The position numbers and the translations under genes are program-made. From Cycas panzhihuaensis (lineage: Eukaryota > Plantae > Cycadophyta): a stretch of 64,000 nt of DNA. Positions 43,329 to 58,139 of the stretch are shown here, piece after piece; within the stretch, counting starts at the first letter, position 1; each line of letters begins with the position of its first letter. The DNA lies in the NCBI GenBank assembly GCA_023213395.1, contig CM041465.1:220665741-220729740 (forward strand), given 5' to 3'. The notes below the pieces were generated by a model. It saw only the letters and a list, made by a program, of their open reading frames with translations. It was not told the DNA's origin and did not search any database.

Positions 43329-45719
43329 GAGTGTCACGAGAAACATAAGTCTAAAGTTTGTTCATTATAAGTATGTTCTTGACTTATTTCTTCCAAGCTC
43401 AGAAATTATCATTGCTAGATAATTTAATAGTGTTAGCTCAAACCATTTGAAGTGGTATTATGTCTCAAATAAATGTCCTAACTATCTCAAAATGTTCACT
43501 AATCTAGTATTTAAAGTCTTAGTATTTCCTTGCCTAATAGCCCATGTAATTGAAATGGTCATGTTTGATAGTGTACATGTTATCAATTGACGGTTCGAGA
43601 ACTCTAGTCTTTATCAACTCCCCTAACATTATGGATTCACATACGACAGATTTATGACTTTAACAATCAAGTTCCCATCTAAGGGCACACTTCCAACTAG
43701 GGCACTCACCCTCTCTAGATCTAACCCAATCTCTAAACTCTAAATTTATGGGTTTACACCTCAGCCTGTCAGTCAATACACCTAATAGTGAATTCTCCCC
43801 TAGCTTACTTGCCTAGGCGCATACAACTCACATGTACATGACTGACTAACTTCAGGGGTCCTAATCGTCCCCTTGTAGGAGTGGTATGGTCACAAAATTA
43901 ATTTAGAAGTTATCTTCTTAATGTCTCAAGTTTAAAAATTTTGTTATTTTGATAAAACTTTTAAAAAATATCTTACAATATTATTAAAAGTTTTATATTT
44001 TAACTTAGAAACATATATTTTAATTAAAAAGAGGATAAAATAAAATGCTAGGGCTATAAAGACTTAAAAAGTACTCAAAATATAAGAAAAACATGTGTAA
44101 AAAATGATAAAGTGAAAAACTTTAGAAGAAGGATAAATATTAAAAGAAAAGTACACCTAAGATATTCTAAAATATATAAAGTTAAATTTTAAAACTACAA
44201 GAAAATTTTATTTAAGAGAAACAAAAAAAAAAAAAAAAAGCCAAACAGGCAATGGACAAAGGCGATTAATTTGAGATATAAATGGAATTTTCTTTTGACT
44301 AAAGTTGGGGAATCATAATCAAGCACTAAATCTGAAGTCTAAACATTGAAAGGATCACAATGAAAAATCATCTTGTATACTTCTATCAATCATCCAATGA
44401 ATGAGAATCAAATTAACATATGAGGGTTTCACAACTATCTCTCCCATAAATCTACACTAATCCTCTAAAAAATAATCAAATTCAATTTCTATGGCATCAA
44501 ATTTGACAAATGCAGCAAAAGATGAATTAATTAATACACTAATTTGATGGGCTCAAACTTTGATTACTCAACGTATCGATCAAGGGGTTGGTTTCATCAA
44601 GAATGCAAGAAGATAGCTTTAACTAGGGGTTGAAGGTGCCAAATGAAAATACTATTTCTAGAATAGTTGTAATACAAATGCCCAACTTTATTCGATTGAA
44701 TACACTGCCTCCTATTCTCTACACAAACACAGCTACACTTTGAGCTTGTAATCATTGCATTCTTTTTAAAGCCTCAAGCCCCTAGACCTCTTGATGGGGT
44801 GTTACTCTTCTTCTGCTTTGTCTGCTTCTATTGATAGATCTTTATATCTTTGTTCTCTACCATACAACATTGGATGGATTGAGGCTACAGAACATCATTG
44901 ACTCTTCTCTTGGCCAAAATCAGCGAGAAACTCTATTTATTTCGATAGTGCTTCTTTGTTTTGCATGCAATGCTTTCATTAAAAATTTTCGGGGCTTGTA
45001 AGGTTAAGTAATGCTTATTATTTTTTTTACATTTGAATACACGTCCTCCATATGGGTTAAGTCCTTCATAAAATTTATATAAATCCCTAATTTTTTGATA
45101 TGATTATAAAGACAAAATGTCTGTTATCAATAACGCCAATGGAGATCTTCCCAAACAGTTTCATTAGCTACTTTTCTATATGTAAAAGTGTTACAACTTT
45201 ACACTTTTCACTTCTCACCAATAAGTGCATTTTAGCCTCTTGAGTACTTTTGTCTACTGAAGCGATGCAAAATTTTGAAGTTAAAGAGGTCAAACAACCT
45301 ACTTTAGATAGTCACCCTCCAAATTTTAAATTCTCATATCTAAAAAAAATTGAAGATTTTTTTCCTGTTGTAATACATATTTTCGCATCTTATCATCATA
45401 ATCTATCATTTGGAACAGATCTCTCATGAATCTGATGCTTCGTTGAAAAGTTATGAATATTTTTAAATTTTTTAGTATATTTTGGCCGTGAGCTAAAACA
45501 AGGTTTTTTGCCTGTTTTTTATAAGATTTTTAAAAAAATTTATATATTTATAAAGTGCAGGTGAATGGCAACAAATTTAATAATTTTTAATTTTTTTTAA
45601 ATTTTTGCCATATAGCAGTACAATAGACGATATAGCCTGTCCAACAATAGACTTGGCTTGCTAAAAATTTGATTTTTTAGTGTACATTGTATTTCTAAAA
45701 TTTTTATTTTTTCTCCATC

Positions 45720-45721
<2 letters not shown>

Positions 45722-45787
<66 letters not shown>
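45722..45787. repeat. (TA)n microsatellite
   Basis: Directly visible. Confidence 0.97.
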
Positions 45788-45792
<5 letters not shown>

Positions 45793-46909
45793 AAAATAGA
45801 GTTTTTTTAAGACATTTATAGTCTTTTTGACTTATTGATGCCTATTTTGGCCCTTTTGTAAAACGAATAAAACACTTAAATCCTTTATACTAGTCAATCA
45901 TCTATATTAGAGTAATATCCGATGATTTGACTCATTATATGTGTATGATTTTAATAATTGCATGTACTTCGAAATCTCATTGAGTGTTATTTAGGCACAT
46001 AGAGTACCACTTTGACACTAAATGGACACATCATCACTACACTTAAATACGACAACAACACTTAAGTGGAGCATTTACATTCAATTTTCAATTATTTTTA
46101 CATGTCATTCAAGAATAAGAGCACTTTCCTTAAAATCAACTCATCTCGACGACTTTATACTCCTAATTTTTGACTTGTGTGCATACTCGCCTTGATTAAA
46201 ATAGACCAAGATTAGCCGAAATCTAGGCCCTAAGAGAGGTGTGAGTTTCATATTAGATCTTGTCATAATCAGTATAGTGGTGGATGGACAAGTTAGCGAT
46301 ACCTATGGCCTCTAATCAGGGATTATCTTCATAACCATCCGAAAAACCTGAAAACCCTTAATCAAAATAATTAATTTAGCTAGACTAAGATCCGTCATAG
46401 CCGTGGAACATGTGCGTACTTATCTTCAGAGAGTATATCACTACTCATTGGTGAATGGGGTGAAAATTGGCAGAACCTATGCTCCACGTTTACTTGAATT
46501 TCATCACCAAGGAACGATGTGAGTATTGTGAGCCAAGGCCATTAATTACGTATACTAGAAACCCCCCTAGGCATTGACATCTCATCTACTTTAGACACAA
46601 GTTAGATGTTTAGGTTTGTTATACATCCTACATCACTTTAGTTATCAGTTGTGTACACCCACATGCTGACTTCTATATAAGCCTTCTCACTTATCTTGAT
46701 TAGATCACTTATACCACACACTTATTTGTGATCTCTTTACTTCCACATCTTACATTATATTACTTCATTATTCCCTACTGCATCAAGAAGATTTGCCACA
46801 AGTATTAGTGACTTTACATCATTATTATTCCTTGATACGTCAAGTAAACCTATCACAAGTGTCAGTGACTTCACTTTTTTCTACTTAGTGCATTTTCACA
46901 CACACACAG

Positions 46910-46952
<43 letters not shown>

Positions 46953-46975
46953 TCTTATTCATCTTTTCACACCAT

Positions 46976-49900
46976 CATGTCAACCAACTTCAAGCAGAAT
47001 ATGAACTGTACGCTAAAAGAGAAGAAGAACTGGGATCTATGATTCACGGGAGTCAAGAACATAGCCAAGTATGAGGGACTCTGGTTGGACCACTTGGAGT
47101 TAACCCTAATAGTACCTACTACTGACACCATATCACAGAGTGATGACATACCTCCAGCTCCTCCACCTGATAATCTACAATGGCAATAGTGGATCATTGA
47201 ATACCAAAAGATCATAGCATGGACCTTGCTCCATATACAACCTAATTGATGACACGTAGCATGACACTACCTTCAAGGTCTTCGAAATCCTCAAAAGAAA
47301 CTTCAATACTCGATCAGACTTGGAGTTTGTTCATATGGTATTAAAGATGAACAAGATGTGAATGTAGAAAGGGTAAGCACATGAAACCATCAATGCTTTC
47401 ACCTCATTAAACAAACCATTGACAAGGATTTTAAGACCTAATACATAACTTAGGCCTTCCTAATTCAGTCAAGTCTGTACATCCCTGATTATAAGAACCT
47501 ACTAGAAAATCTTCAGTTATCTGGCACATTAAAGACCCTTAACTTTGAAGCGTTAGCTGAGAAGTTTATTAAACATGACAAGACCTTCACTACCAGCTTT
47601 CCACTTTCAGACTCATCTCCTAATGCAGCCTTCAAATAGGACATGGACGAGGAAGTATACTACACTAAAAAGCAAGGTCAATCTTCACACAGAGAAAGAA
47701 GAGGTTGCGGAAGAGGTAGGGGAAAGCAATAGGGATAACAGTAGAGGCAACAAGGTCAGCAACAAAACAGTTGTCAAAAGACCACCAATCAAAGATAGTC
47801 AAACAATAATACTTCCACATGTCAAAGGTGTATCAAGAAATGACACCTTACAAAAGATTGTCACATTGACTACAATAGATTGCCTTGTCATTAACAATGG
47901 TAGCATCAAGCCCACAATGTTGATGAGAATCATAATGACTTATTTGCAAGAGCAAATTTCATTGAGGCACATATTCAACAAAGCAAAGAAGCATCCACCC
48001 CATCTACTACTTTTAGACCTAAGAGGTACATTGAGGCACACTATAGCACACTCATTTATTTATCAGCTTGATTTGCCACTATCTCATCCTCTTGGACAGG
48101 CAAATACTGTATCAACATCAACATCAGATTGGGTTATGGACACAAGAGCTACCCAACACATGACTTGTCACTGGGACTTCTCCACGATTTTGATTCAACG
48201 GTCACCGGAGTAGTACACATGGCTAATAAGTCGACACAACCTGTTCAAGGCATGGGCTCCATATGCCTGAAGCTCCTAGGCTTGCCTAATTTTACTTTAA
48301 AAGATGTCTTGTATATTCCCCATCTCAAACAAAACCTTCTATCGCTATCCACACTTGTCTCCCGTGGATTCGACCTGAGTGTCACAACTAATGATCAAGT
48401 TTTTAGTGTTGGTCACCCGCCTTCATGTTTTGTGGGGGCGATAGAAAAACTTGAAGATAAGCTATTTAGACTGACTAGAACCATGTTGTCTTCTTTCATA
48501 TACCAAGTTGCTACCTCATTTGTGTCGAAGAAGAATTTGCATTTAATATCACCTTGATTCATCCCAAGATGTCCCCAAAAACTCTCTGGCATACTTGCAT
48601 GGGGACGTCAAACTTGATCAACTTAAGGAAATCTCCCATTCCCCTCCAGGTATGCCCAGATTTTCCTCTAATTCGTTCAAATATGAAACTTGCATTATTG
48701 TCAAATCCCAACGATGTCCATTTCCCTAAAATCAATGGAAATCCAATCAACCTCTTGAATTAGTACACTCAGACATCTGTGGGCCTATGCCTATCCCTTC
48801 TCTCACAGAGAAGAGGTATTCCATTACATTTATTAATGACTTCACTCGAAAGATATAGGTGACCTTTCTCAAATCAAAAGATGAAGCATTCACAGTATTC
48901 AAGGCATTCAAGACTCTCACAGAGAAGGAATATGGATATCAGTTGAAGTGTCTTAGGACTGACAATAGTGGAGAATATACTTTAAATGAATTTGAAGACT
49001 TATTGCATCACTAGGGAATCAAGCATCAAACAACTATTGAAGGTACCCCTTAGCAGAATGGTGTTGTTGAAAGGTCTAATAGAACCATAATGAATATAGC
49101 ATAGGCTATGTTCGTCTTTAAGAATGTACCTGCATAACTTTGAGCTGAAGCTATTTATACTACAGTCTGCTACATGAACAACATAAGTCCATCAAAGCTT
49201 GACGCGTCACCAAATGAACAACGAACTGGACAGACCCCCACCATCCATCACTTCAAAATTTTTTGCTCTACTTGTTATGCTCACATTCTTGATGAGCACG
49301 AAAATAAGCTCTAGCCATGAGCTTTAAAGGGCATCTTTATTGGGTACCCCATAAATAAGAAGGGGTACAAGGTCTTCATTCTAATATTAAAAAAAATCAT
49401 TATCACTAGGGATGTGGTGTTTGCGGAGACAGAGCATCAGCTACTTCAACTTGACTCTAAAGCACCATCTCATAGATACAATGATGTCCAGGAATATGAT
49501 ATACAAATTCTAGCATTTGCGCGCGTGCGCAAGGCGGGGGGGGACACTGAAGAAATACTCAAAATTTTAGAATCTGACAATAGAGCCCCGAAGAACACTA
49601 TCCTTGACTCAGATCCTATGCCAATGTGCACCAATCCAGCCCCATCTTGGGAGAATAGCCATGAATCACCACATCAAGAATCAAAAGGAAAAGGAATTGC
49701 AGAAGAACCACCTTTAGTTGCAGGGCCATCTTCTTTAACATGTCATCAACCTCCGGACCATACATCTCCCACGATCCTTTTCAGAATCAAAATGAAGACC
49801 AAAATGTTGTAGAAATGAGAATTTTATTTCCAACTAAAGGTTTTTGATAAACCTACTAGTTGCACAAAGACTTGAGATCTGATGAGGTAGGCAAAACTGG

Positions 49901-52340
49901 CACTCGAAGCGGTGCCTATAGAGCAAAGGAGCAAACATCACTCCCCAAAGAGCTTGAACTAGATGAACTGCACCTTGCTTCACATGATGAGCCTCTATCA
50001 TACCAAGAAGTTGTAAAACATACAGTTTGAAAAAATACCATGAATGAGAAATACCAATCCTTGATCACGAACGGTACATGGGAGCTCGTTGATCTGGCTT
50101 TGGGAAGGAAGGTAGTAAAAAACAAACAAAAATAAATACAGATCAGACGACATCCTTGAAAAATACAAGGTAAGGTTGGTTGCAAAAGGATTCACCCAAA
50201 GGGAAGGCATCGACTACACAAAAGTCTTCGCACCAACTACCAAATGACCCACAATCAGAGCACTTGTGGCCTCGACTACTCAACAGGGTTGGAAAATCTA
50301 CCAACTCGATGTGAAAATCACTTTTCTCAATAGAGATTTGGAAGATAAAATCTACATGACATAGCCTGAAGGCTTTGAGATAGCAGGATATGAGCAGAAA
50401 GTGTGCACACTGAAAAAGTCATTATATGGCCTAAAACAAACCCCCCGCGCTTAGTTCACCAAGTTTTCCAACAAAATGAGATAACATGGTTATGAGGTAT
50501 ATGACTATCAAGATGTTGATGCAACTTTGTTCATCAAGATAGAAAAAGGCAAAGTCACATATCTCCTGATCTTTGTGGATGACATGCTGATAACCAGAAA
50601 TAGTGAACAAGATATCAACAAATTAAAGATGGACTTGTCAAAATCCTTCGAATTGTTTAACCTTAGACTAATGAGATATTACTTGGAAATTGAGGTTACT
50701 CAATACAATAAAAAAATCTCTCTCCTAAGAAAAACATATCAACGGTCTTCTAATCAAGTTCTGATTAGAAGATGCCAGAACAATATCTACTCCAATGGAG
50801 CCCAATGTCAAACTTTTCGATGAAGACACTCGAGAGACAGACGTAACACTCTATCGGCAACTTATAGGTAACCTTATTTATGTTACCAATACAAGGCTGG
50901 ATATTGCCATGTCGTTGGCATTCTTGCCCGTTACATAACAACTTCAAAGCAGAACCATTGGCAAGCAGCACTACGAGTGTTGAAGTACCTGAAGACGACC
51001 AGCAAACTTGCTTTGTTGTATGAGCACAACAATGATTTCAGACTTACAGTATATACAGACTCAGATTTTGCCAGTGATAGAAAATATAAGAAAATCAACA
51101 TCCGAGTACATCACATTTCTTAAAACAACTCTAATTTCATGGCAGTTAAGGTAGCAAAAAATCATTATAGATTCTATTGTTGAAGCGGAATACATAGTTG
51201 CTTTTAAAACTAACAAGGAGGTGATATGGCTTCACAAATTATTATATACTTTGGATATCACCCAAACAGGTCCAATGAGCTTACATGTGGACAATCAGTC
51301 AGCAATCCACATGGCCAAGAATCATGTTTTTCATAATCGTATAAAGCAATTAGTATAAAAGTCCATAGGATCTAGGAATTAGTCCATGACAACACAATAC
51401 AATTGAAACATTGCCCCACAACAGATCAAGTAGTCGATAACTTCACCAAACCGCTACAAAGGGTGAAGTTTGAACAGTTCTGAAAGCAGCTTGGCCTCAA
51501 GGCCTCCATTTCCAACTGACTGAAGGAGATGGCACACAGGACTAGCATACTCTATCCCATTCATGAAAACCCCTTATGAGCGTGGATAAACTAGAGTAAG
51601 TCTCTACTCTCTCCCATTCATGAAAATCCCTCGTGGCTGCAAAAGGAGTTGGATTGTACTTATTTCAAAAATCAAAACCTGTGAAAACCTGAAAGGGCAT
51701 GGGAGATGAAACAGTATATGGAGACTCAGCAAATTGAAGCTGCACAACTAACTTATATTACTTGGCTATCTGGCTACACTCAAAGAGCTGCCTGAGCCAC
51801 TTCATAGAATAAGAAGTCAAGTCTGTGGGTTTTTATTCCCCTAAAGGTTTTCCCACAAAAGTGTCTTGTAGGTTGTAGAATTTTTTTTTCTCAATGTAAT
51901 GATGAGGCTAAAATAAAGACCTCATATATTATAATAGAATAAAGGAAAATGGTCTTCTGCCATTAAGGGGGGAGATGTGGCAATGTTAATATCACATAGT
52001 GATTCATAAAGTTAGAATTAGATAAAGTCACTTTTATATTTATAACTTTAAGATAAGATGATTATGCTTAAGTTACTTAAGTGAAATAACATAAAGTTCA
52101 TTCAACTTTAATTTCATATAATCTCATCTGAATGTCATTGAGAGGAAAAACTTAAATTCCAAACCCTAATGAACATTGTCATTATATAAGTTGAAATTAC
52201 ATGGAGAGTGATCATTCTACGCTTCTCCTCTTTGAGCTCAAGCTATTAGCATTTCTCTTATTGAGTACATTATACTTGTCTTCACTATTTGGCATTGTGT
52301 AGTGTTAATACACTAGATCCCTAGATCCATTCTCTTAACA
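46976..52340 (+). mobile_element. Ty1/copia relic B (all domains, decayed) with 3' LTR
   Basis: Gag from 46976; protease DWVMDTRATQHMT (~48130); integrase LELVHSDICGPM (~48750) and QNGVVE; RT KVRLVAKGFTQ, QLDVK, LIFVDDML; RNase H YTDSDFA..DNFTKPL; PPT AAGGGGGGAGA 51965-51975; LTR TGTGGC..TTAACA 51976-52340. No 5' LTR recognised. Confidence 0.9.
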
Positions 52341-52429
52341 CTTAATGGCAAAGATTAAAAAAATAATACAAAGAAAGTCACTCAAAAGAGTAAGACAATG
52401 GTTAGCCAATGTGGTCATCTAAATGTTTA

Positions 52430-52702
52430 CTTGGACAAGGGTATTATTTTTTTAATTTAAGTAAACAGACCAACCCTAAAGAAAAGGAAAAAGAACTCAC
52501 TACATAAAGAACATTATCCCTATACGTGATGAAAGATGTTTGGTTTATGTAAAGGTCTAGGCCAAAATACTTACTTCAACATGGACCTTATTATTTTAAT
52601 CTAAGAAATAGACTGACCTTAGAAGAAATAATAAGAATTCACTACACAAGGAACATTATCATTATGAATGACGAAAGGTATTTATTTTATGTAACAGTCT
52701 AA
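52430..52702. repeat. diverged tandem duplication, period about 145 bp
   Basis: AAGAA(C/T)TCACTACA(T/C)AA(A/G)GAACATTATC and TTTATGTAA..GTCTA each occur twice. Confidence 0.75.
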
Positions 52703-55249
52703 GTATCTTCCAATGAGAGTTTTTAAAAACTTTATAATCACATCAATCTATTTCGCATATTTTCTTAAAATAAATTAATGTATTATTCCTTTTTTTGAAA
52801 ATGAAATCAAATAAATTAAACAAGGTATAAAGAGAATTCATAGCCAATTTAACCTTGAAGATGTGTATCTATTTGATGGCAAGCATGAACACTTCCTTCT
52901 TTGTTTAATTTCTCATTTCTGCCTACAAAACAATACTACAAAAACACTATTAATGCACCCATTTTGTATTAGAAAAAATCTAAATCCTACATAAAATCTA
53001 TCTAAGAGAAAATCAAAGATGAACTCATTAAAGATAATGAAATATATGAGTGGTACTAATAGGACACCATGAGTAATTCTTCTAAAGGGATGTTCAACAA
53101 GAAAAGAAAATCAAATTATAAAAGAATCAATTATGAGAGTGATAAATGAGATATAAACAATTAATCAACAATAAACATCAATCTAAAAACAAAAAATTAA
53201 TAAAATAATCAACTAAACAAATGTAAAGAAAAATTAATATAGAATAATACCGCAATATATCAAAAAAAGAGATCGATAATATTGCACATGTTTAGTATAA
53301 ATCAAGTGGCAAAGGAGAGGTGCAACACAGCAAATGTGATACCACGAGTCCAACAAAGAGAGACATGGTTATATCGTGCAAATAACAAGTAGATGTGCTG
53401 TATGAAATGCACAAGATTGTAGAAATATTCATCACAAAAATAGTATAAACATTGAAACACCCAAACAAATGCAATCCAATAACAGAGATATGCGATATAA
53501 TAGAAAAATTGCAAAGCATAGTGAAACAACGAGCCAAGTTCTGAAATCATGATCACAACAGATGAAACATGTGCTAATCATTAATCCAACAACAAAATCA
53601 AATCATAAATCAGATGTAAATTACCTTATTTAAGCATAAGTAAACAAGGGAATGACATGACTCCTCACTCTTAAGAGGCAAGGGTCAAGTGAAGCTTAAA
53701 AATGTGTATTTATAATGGATAAATTGAGAAAATAAATTCACAACATAAAGTCAATTTTTGAGATAAGCTATTTTTTAGGAATTATTGTGAAGTCATCCTC
53801 AAAAAACATAAAACAAAGCTATGAAAAGAGTCAAAATTATTAAAAGGATATAACTACCTCATACAAACTCTATTTTCGACTCATGACCACTCAATTCACA
53901 TATATTAAAAGAGATCTACACAATAAGCTATGTAAAAGAAACAATTACATTTAATACTAATATTAAAAATGTAAGATATATATATATATATATATATATA
54001 TGATTGAAAACTAACAAAAAAGAATGAAATTACAATAAAAAAATAGATGTTTGTTTTATGTGGCTCAATTTTATTGTAGCCCCAAAATATACGGAAAATA
54101 TTAGTAGATACATCACCATGTAAGAAATGTAATATGCATAAGCAAATCAAACAAATACTCAATCAAATGTAATATCAAGCAAAAGTTAAACAAATATAAA
54201 TAATCAAATATAGTATCAAGAAAATGACAAACAAACAAATGCATACCTAATATATAAAAAATGAAAATATAGTAGACGTTCCTTAGATTTTGGACAAGGG
54301 GGCAAATTTAGAAAACACCTCACACCTTCTAACTCATTTTCCCTCTCCAACCATGTATTACTCTCATTCTTAGATTTTGGTGATTCTCAAGAGCTAACTT
54401 TGGGATATCATTAGAAGACCCCCAACCAATGTACTTAGTCCCAAAGGGCCCCTTCTACCCAAAAACTACTACTAGATGCTACTAGGCATCTCACTTGCAA
54501 TAAACTCTTATCTACTCTTCCCAAATTGCACAAGTTTAACTAACTTCAAAATTAATATGTGCTTCTTACTCCATACCTATAACAAAATACATAGCCCAAG
54601 TACAAAATAGGTATGAACAAGTGTACATAATACAAATCACATTAGAATTTGCATTCAAAGAATCCCACTAAAATACATTTATTGAAGAAATTTCCTTTAC
54701 TAAGAAAAAGTGGGGAACTACATATGGTCCACTCATATCTAAATGCAATCTTAAGATGTTACAAGAAAAAGAACTACATAGAAAAGTCAAGCAAATAGAG
54801 CATCCTGGGAAGGAGAGAAAGCAACTGACGATATTTTCACAAAAGGTTCTTATCACACTTAAAATACAATATTGTGGCCTTTAATAAGTTGCCTTAATAA
54901 CTGCGTCAGACAACAACCTAATCAATTATTCATCTATTGTGTTGTTACAAGAAAATAGGAGGAGAATCATGCTTAACGACACAAGTTGATTATAATTTCC
55001 TAATGTGATCATGATCCATCACATAATGTTAAAATCTACTCATGAGTAGTTAATCAAATCGCAATCCACCCTAAGTTGAATGTCATATTATAATGTGTAG
55101 TCATCTTCATTGTGATCCACTACTAAATAATTAACCTAATCGCAATCCATTATTATATAGTCCAACCAATCACAATCTGTTAATGAATAGTCCTTCATTC
55201 TATAGCATATTTCTAACACGAGTTGATCATCTGGTACACTATTTATTTA

Positions 55250-55480
55250 GTGGGTTAGAGATTTTGAGGAATCATGTTCAAGAAAATTGATTTTAAGAAA
55301 GCTTATGACAAGTAAAATGGCCCCTTCATTTTCAAAATGCTACAATCCATTAAATTTTAAGGCAAATTCATCCTAAATAATGAATCTCAATAAATTCATT
55401 AGCACACACCATATACAACGGAACCACAACATGGTTTTCGGGCCTTTAAAATACTATAAGGCAAGGCAATAAATACAAAT
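55250..55480 (+). mobile_element. LINE (L1-like) RT fragment
   Basis: KIDFKKAYDK followed by a frameshifted W.F...ML, the LINE RT KxDFxKAYD motif. Confidence 0.7.
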
Positions 55481-55489
55481 TATGAGCCA

Positions 55490-56310
55490 TAAATTAACAG
55501 CCTGGCAAAGATTATATACAAATGTTTAGATGGATATCTATGCAATTTCACTTTAGATGAGCAAGGTCATTGGCATAAATGGTTGCATCTAGTGGAAAGG
55601 TGGTCTAACACGACATACCACTCAACAATTTGAATGCCATCATTCAAGGCCCTCTATAGGTACAATATTTTCATTGATGATTCATACCATAGCCTAGTTT
55701 TAAGGCACCCACAATTAGAATCCAAATGCAACAAATAGAAGTTATCCCTCACATTCTCAAAGATAATCTAAACACTAGGGAATATAATAAAATAAGAAAA
55801 TGATCAACATGGATCTAAAAGGCAATTTCAAGTGGAAGGTCAAGTATTTTGTAAGAATGTAACCATACAAATTAATAACATTAAAGAAGTCCAAGAAGCA
55901 TAAATTAGTAGCATTAAAGAAGTTCAAGAAGCATTAATTATAGCCAAACTTCAACAAACCCTAACAAATATAGAGAAAAAGAGGCAAAGTGGCATATGAG
56001 CTTGAACTACCTTTGACAAGGATTCATAATTTCTTTCATGTGCCCTGCGTAAATAAAAAGGTTGGAGACAAGGTAGTAGCTCAATTACCCCTACCTAGAT
56101 TAGGTGAAAGTGACCCACTTATCATCAAGCCAAAAGGAATTCTAAATATGTTATCCAAATGGAAGTGGAACAAGCAAATCAATGACTATTCGATTAAATG
56201 GAAAAACATGGATATGGAAGATGCAACTTAGGAAAAAGCTTCTTTATGGCAATACCATCCACAAGTTCCCATGCTTTGAGATCATTGCATGTCTAGAGGG
56301 GGGAACCTAC
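55490..56310 (+). mobile_element. chromovirus (Ty3/gypsy) integrase C-terminus and chromodomain relic
   Basis: WHKWLHLVERWSNTTYHST; VAYELELP..IHNFFHV; DYSIKWKNMDMEDAT*E (chromodomain); purine tract near 56295. Confidence 0.85.
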
Positions 56311-58139
56311 AACATGCAATCTCATCAACTTGGTTGTTCTTGTAAGGCCAACCACAATAACATCCCATATTTTTTAAGGCAAAGCATGTCAAGAGGGTGG
56401 GATCACAACATGTCGTCTCATCAACTAAGTTGTTCTTCTAAGGCCAACATCCTAGAAGGCCACCTATACAATGTTGGCTTCCCATTTATCCAATGATTAA
56501 GATCTAGATCTTTGTAGCAGATGACTTTTGCTTTGTTCACTTATTAATTATACAGAGGCCAACTACTACCCAACCATGCATATGTAGAGCTTCGAGGGTC
56601 TCATTGAAGGAATCATTAGTTTCTAAATTTTTTCTTTGGCTCTCTAGATGAATTCTTGGAGGAACCCTTGTTCAAAAAAAAGAATACTAGATCTATAGCC
56701 AAACTCAATAAACAATTTACGTCATAGTTAAATTATGATAATTGTTTAAGACATTGCATTTTTTGAAGTTGTACTCTCCAATAATCTATAATTTAATCCA
56801 AGTTTGACATTTTACTAATAATTGTCTTTGTATATGTGCTATCTTATTAGTAGGAATTACTAATTTCAATAATAGTTAGTAGGTAATCCCTATTAGTTTT
56901 GTTGCATTTGTTGTTTGGAGTTTGAAAATTATTAGACCGATTAACAACGATAAACTTGGCAAAATCTAAACCACAATGTTGACTCCCTATTTCTATATGC
57001 ATCTAATATTCATTGTAGATTTCAATTGAGTTCTGAGATAAATAAATATTTGTATGTTCTTTATGGTCATAAATATTCCAAGAGACAGTTTATAGTGCTT
57101 TTTTTCTTGTCCTCTTCTTCATTTTATTTTATTTGTTGGCAATACTTCACCGTAAGCACACAATATGTCCAAAAGAAATACTAAGTTGCTCAATCAACTT
57201 ACGGGGCTAGTCGACTAGATGACTTTAATGATTAATTGATAATTGAGTGGTGATTGAAGGTTATGGTTGAACAAAATAGCACCTAAGCCACTATCTTGTT
57301 GTGATTCTATGCACTATTTGTAATTGCAAGCAAAATCAATACCTTGGAAATCTATAAATAAGAAAAAGAATCCGATGATAAGGATGGTTCTCTCTTTAGG
57401 ATTTCCTATAGGTTAGAACAACACCACTTACTTTGTAACCATCCTCTATTTTAAGGCTTTATTAGTGAGAGCAATAAAGTCTGAAAATAGAATGAAACAA
57501 GTACAATAAAAATGAATTGACAATGCAATTTACTTATGTATTGTGTATCTATGTGTTCAATGCTTGGTTGGATGCAATGTTGTTGGAAAAGAATAAGAAG
57601 TGATCTACAAATACAAACAAAAAAGTTTAAATGGTGCAATAATTGAAGGGCACCTACACACCCAAGGATCTACATCTACAATTATGATGAAAAACATGGA
57701 AGAAATCACACAATGGCAACTCCCTATATTAAATTGATTTCACAAATGATAAAAAGATACATTGGTTAGAGCCTCAATTTATGCTCCAGATAGGGGTCCT
57801 AATTACATTATTGCATAATCCTTCATTAACCTAGAAAAACCAAATATGACATAATGCTAACCCCTCAAACTAATGCATAGACCTCGGGCCTAGAGACAAA
57901 ATAGACCACAACATACGCCTAACTCTATGTTATGTTCAAGTACATAACATTGAGCATGAAGGAACTTATATGATTAACCACATTTTTATACCTTTATATA
58001 GATACACATAGAGTTCATAGTACCCAACAAAGCCTAATGTGACTAAATTACAAAGCCAAAGGGGTTAGAATAACAACGTAGCTTTGTTAGATAAAAGAAG
58101 GGCATAGTGGTTCCAAGTTTTTCTTCCAAACTCTTCTAA

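Noticed and set aside
43330-46900. Possible DNA transposon/MITE remains and 5' LTR of copia B
   Set aside because: No terminal inverted repeats, TSD or transposase motif found, and no match to the 3' LTR at 51976-52340.
49517-49545. CpG-rich palindrome TTGCGCGCGTGCGCAA in the copia B linker
   Set aside because: A single short occurrence in a variable coding linker with no supporting context.
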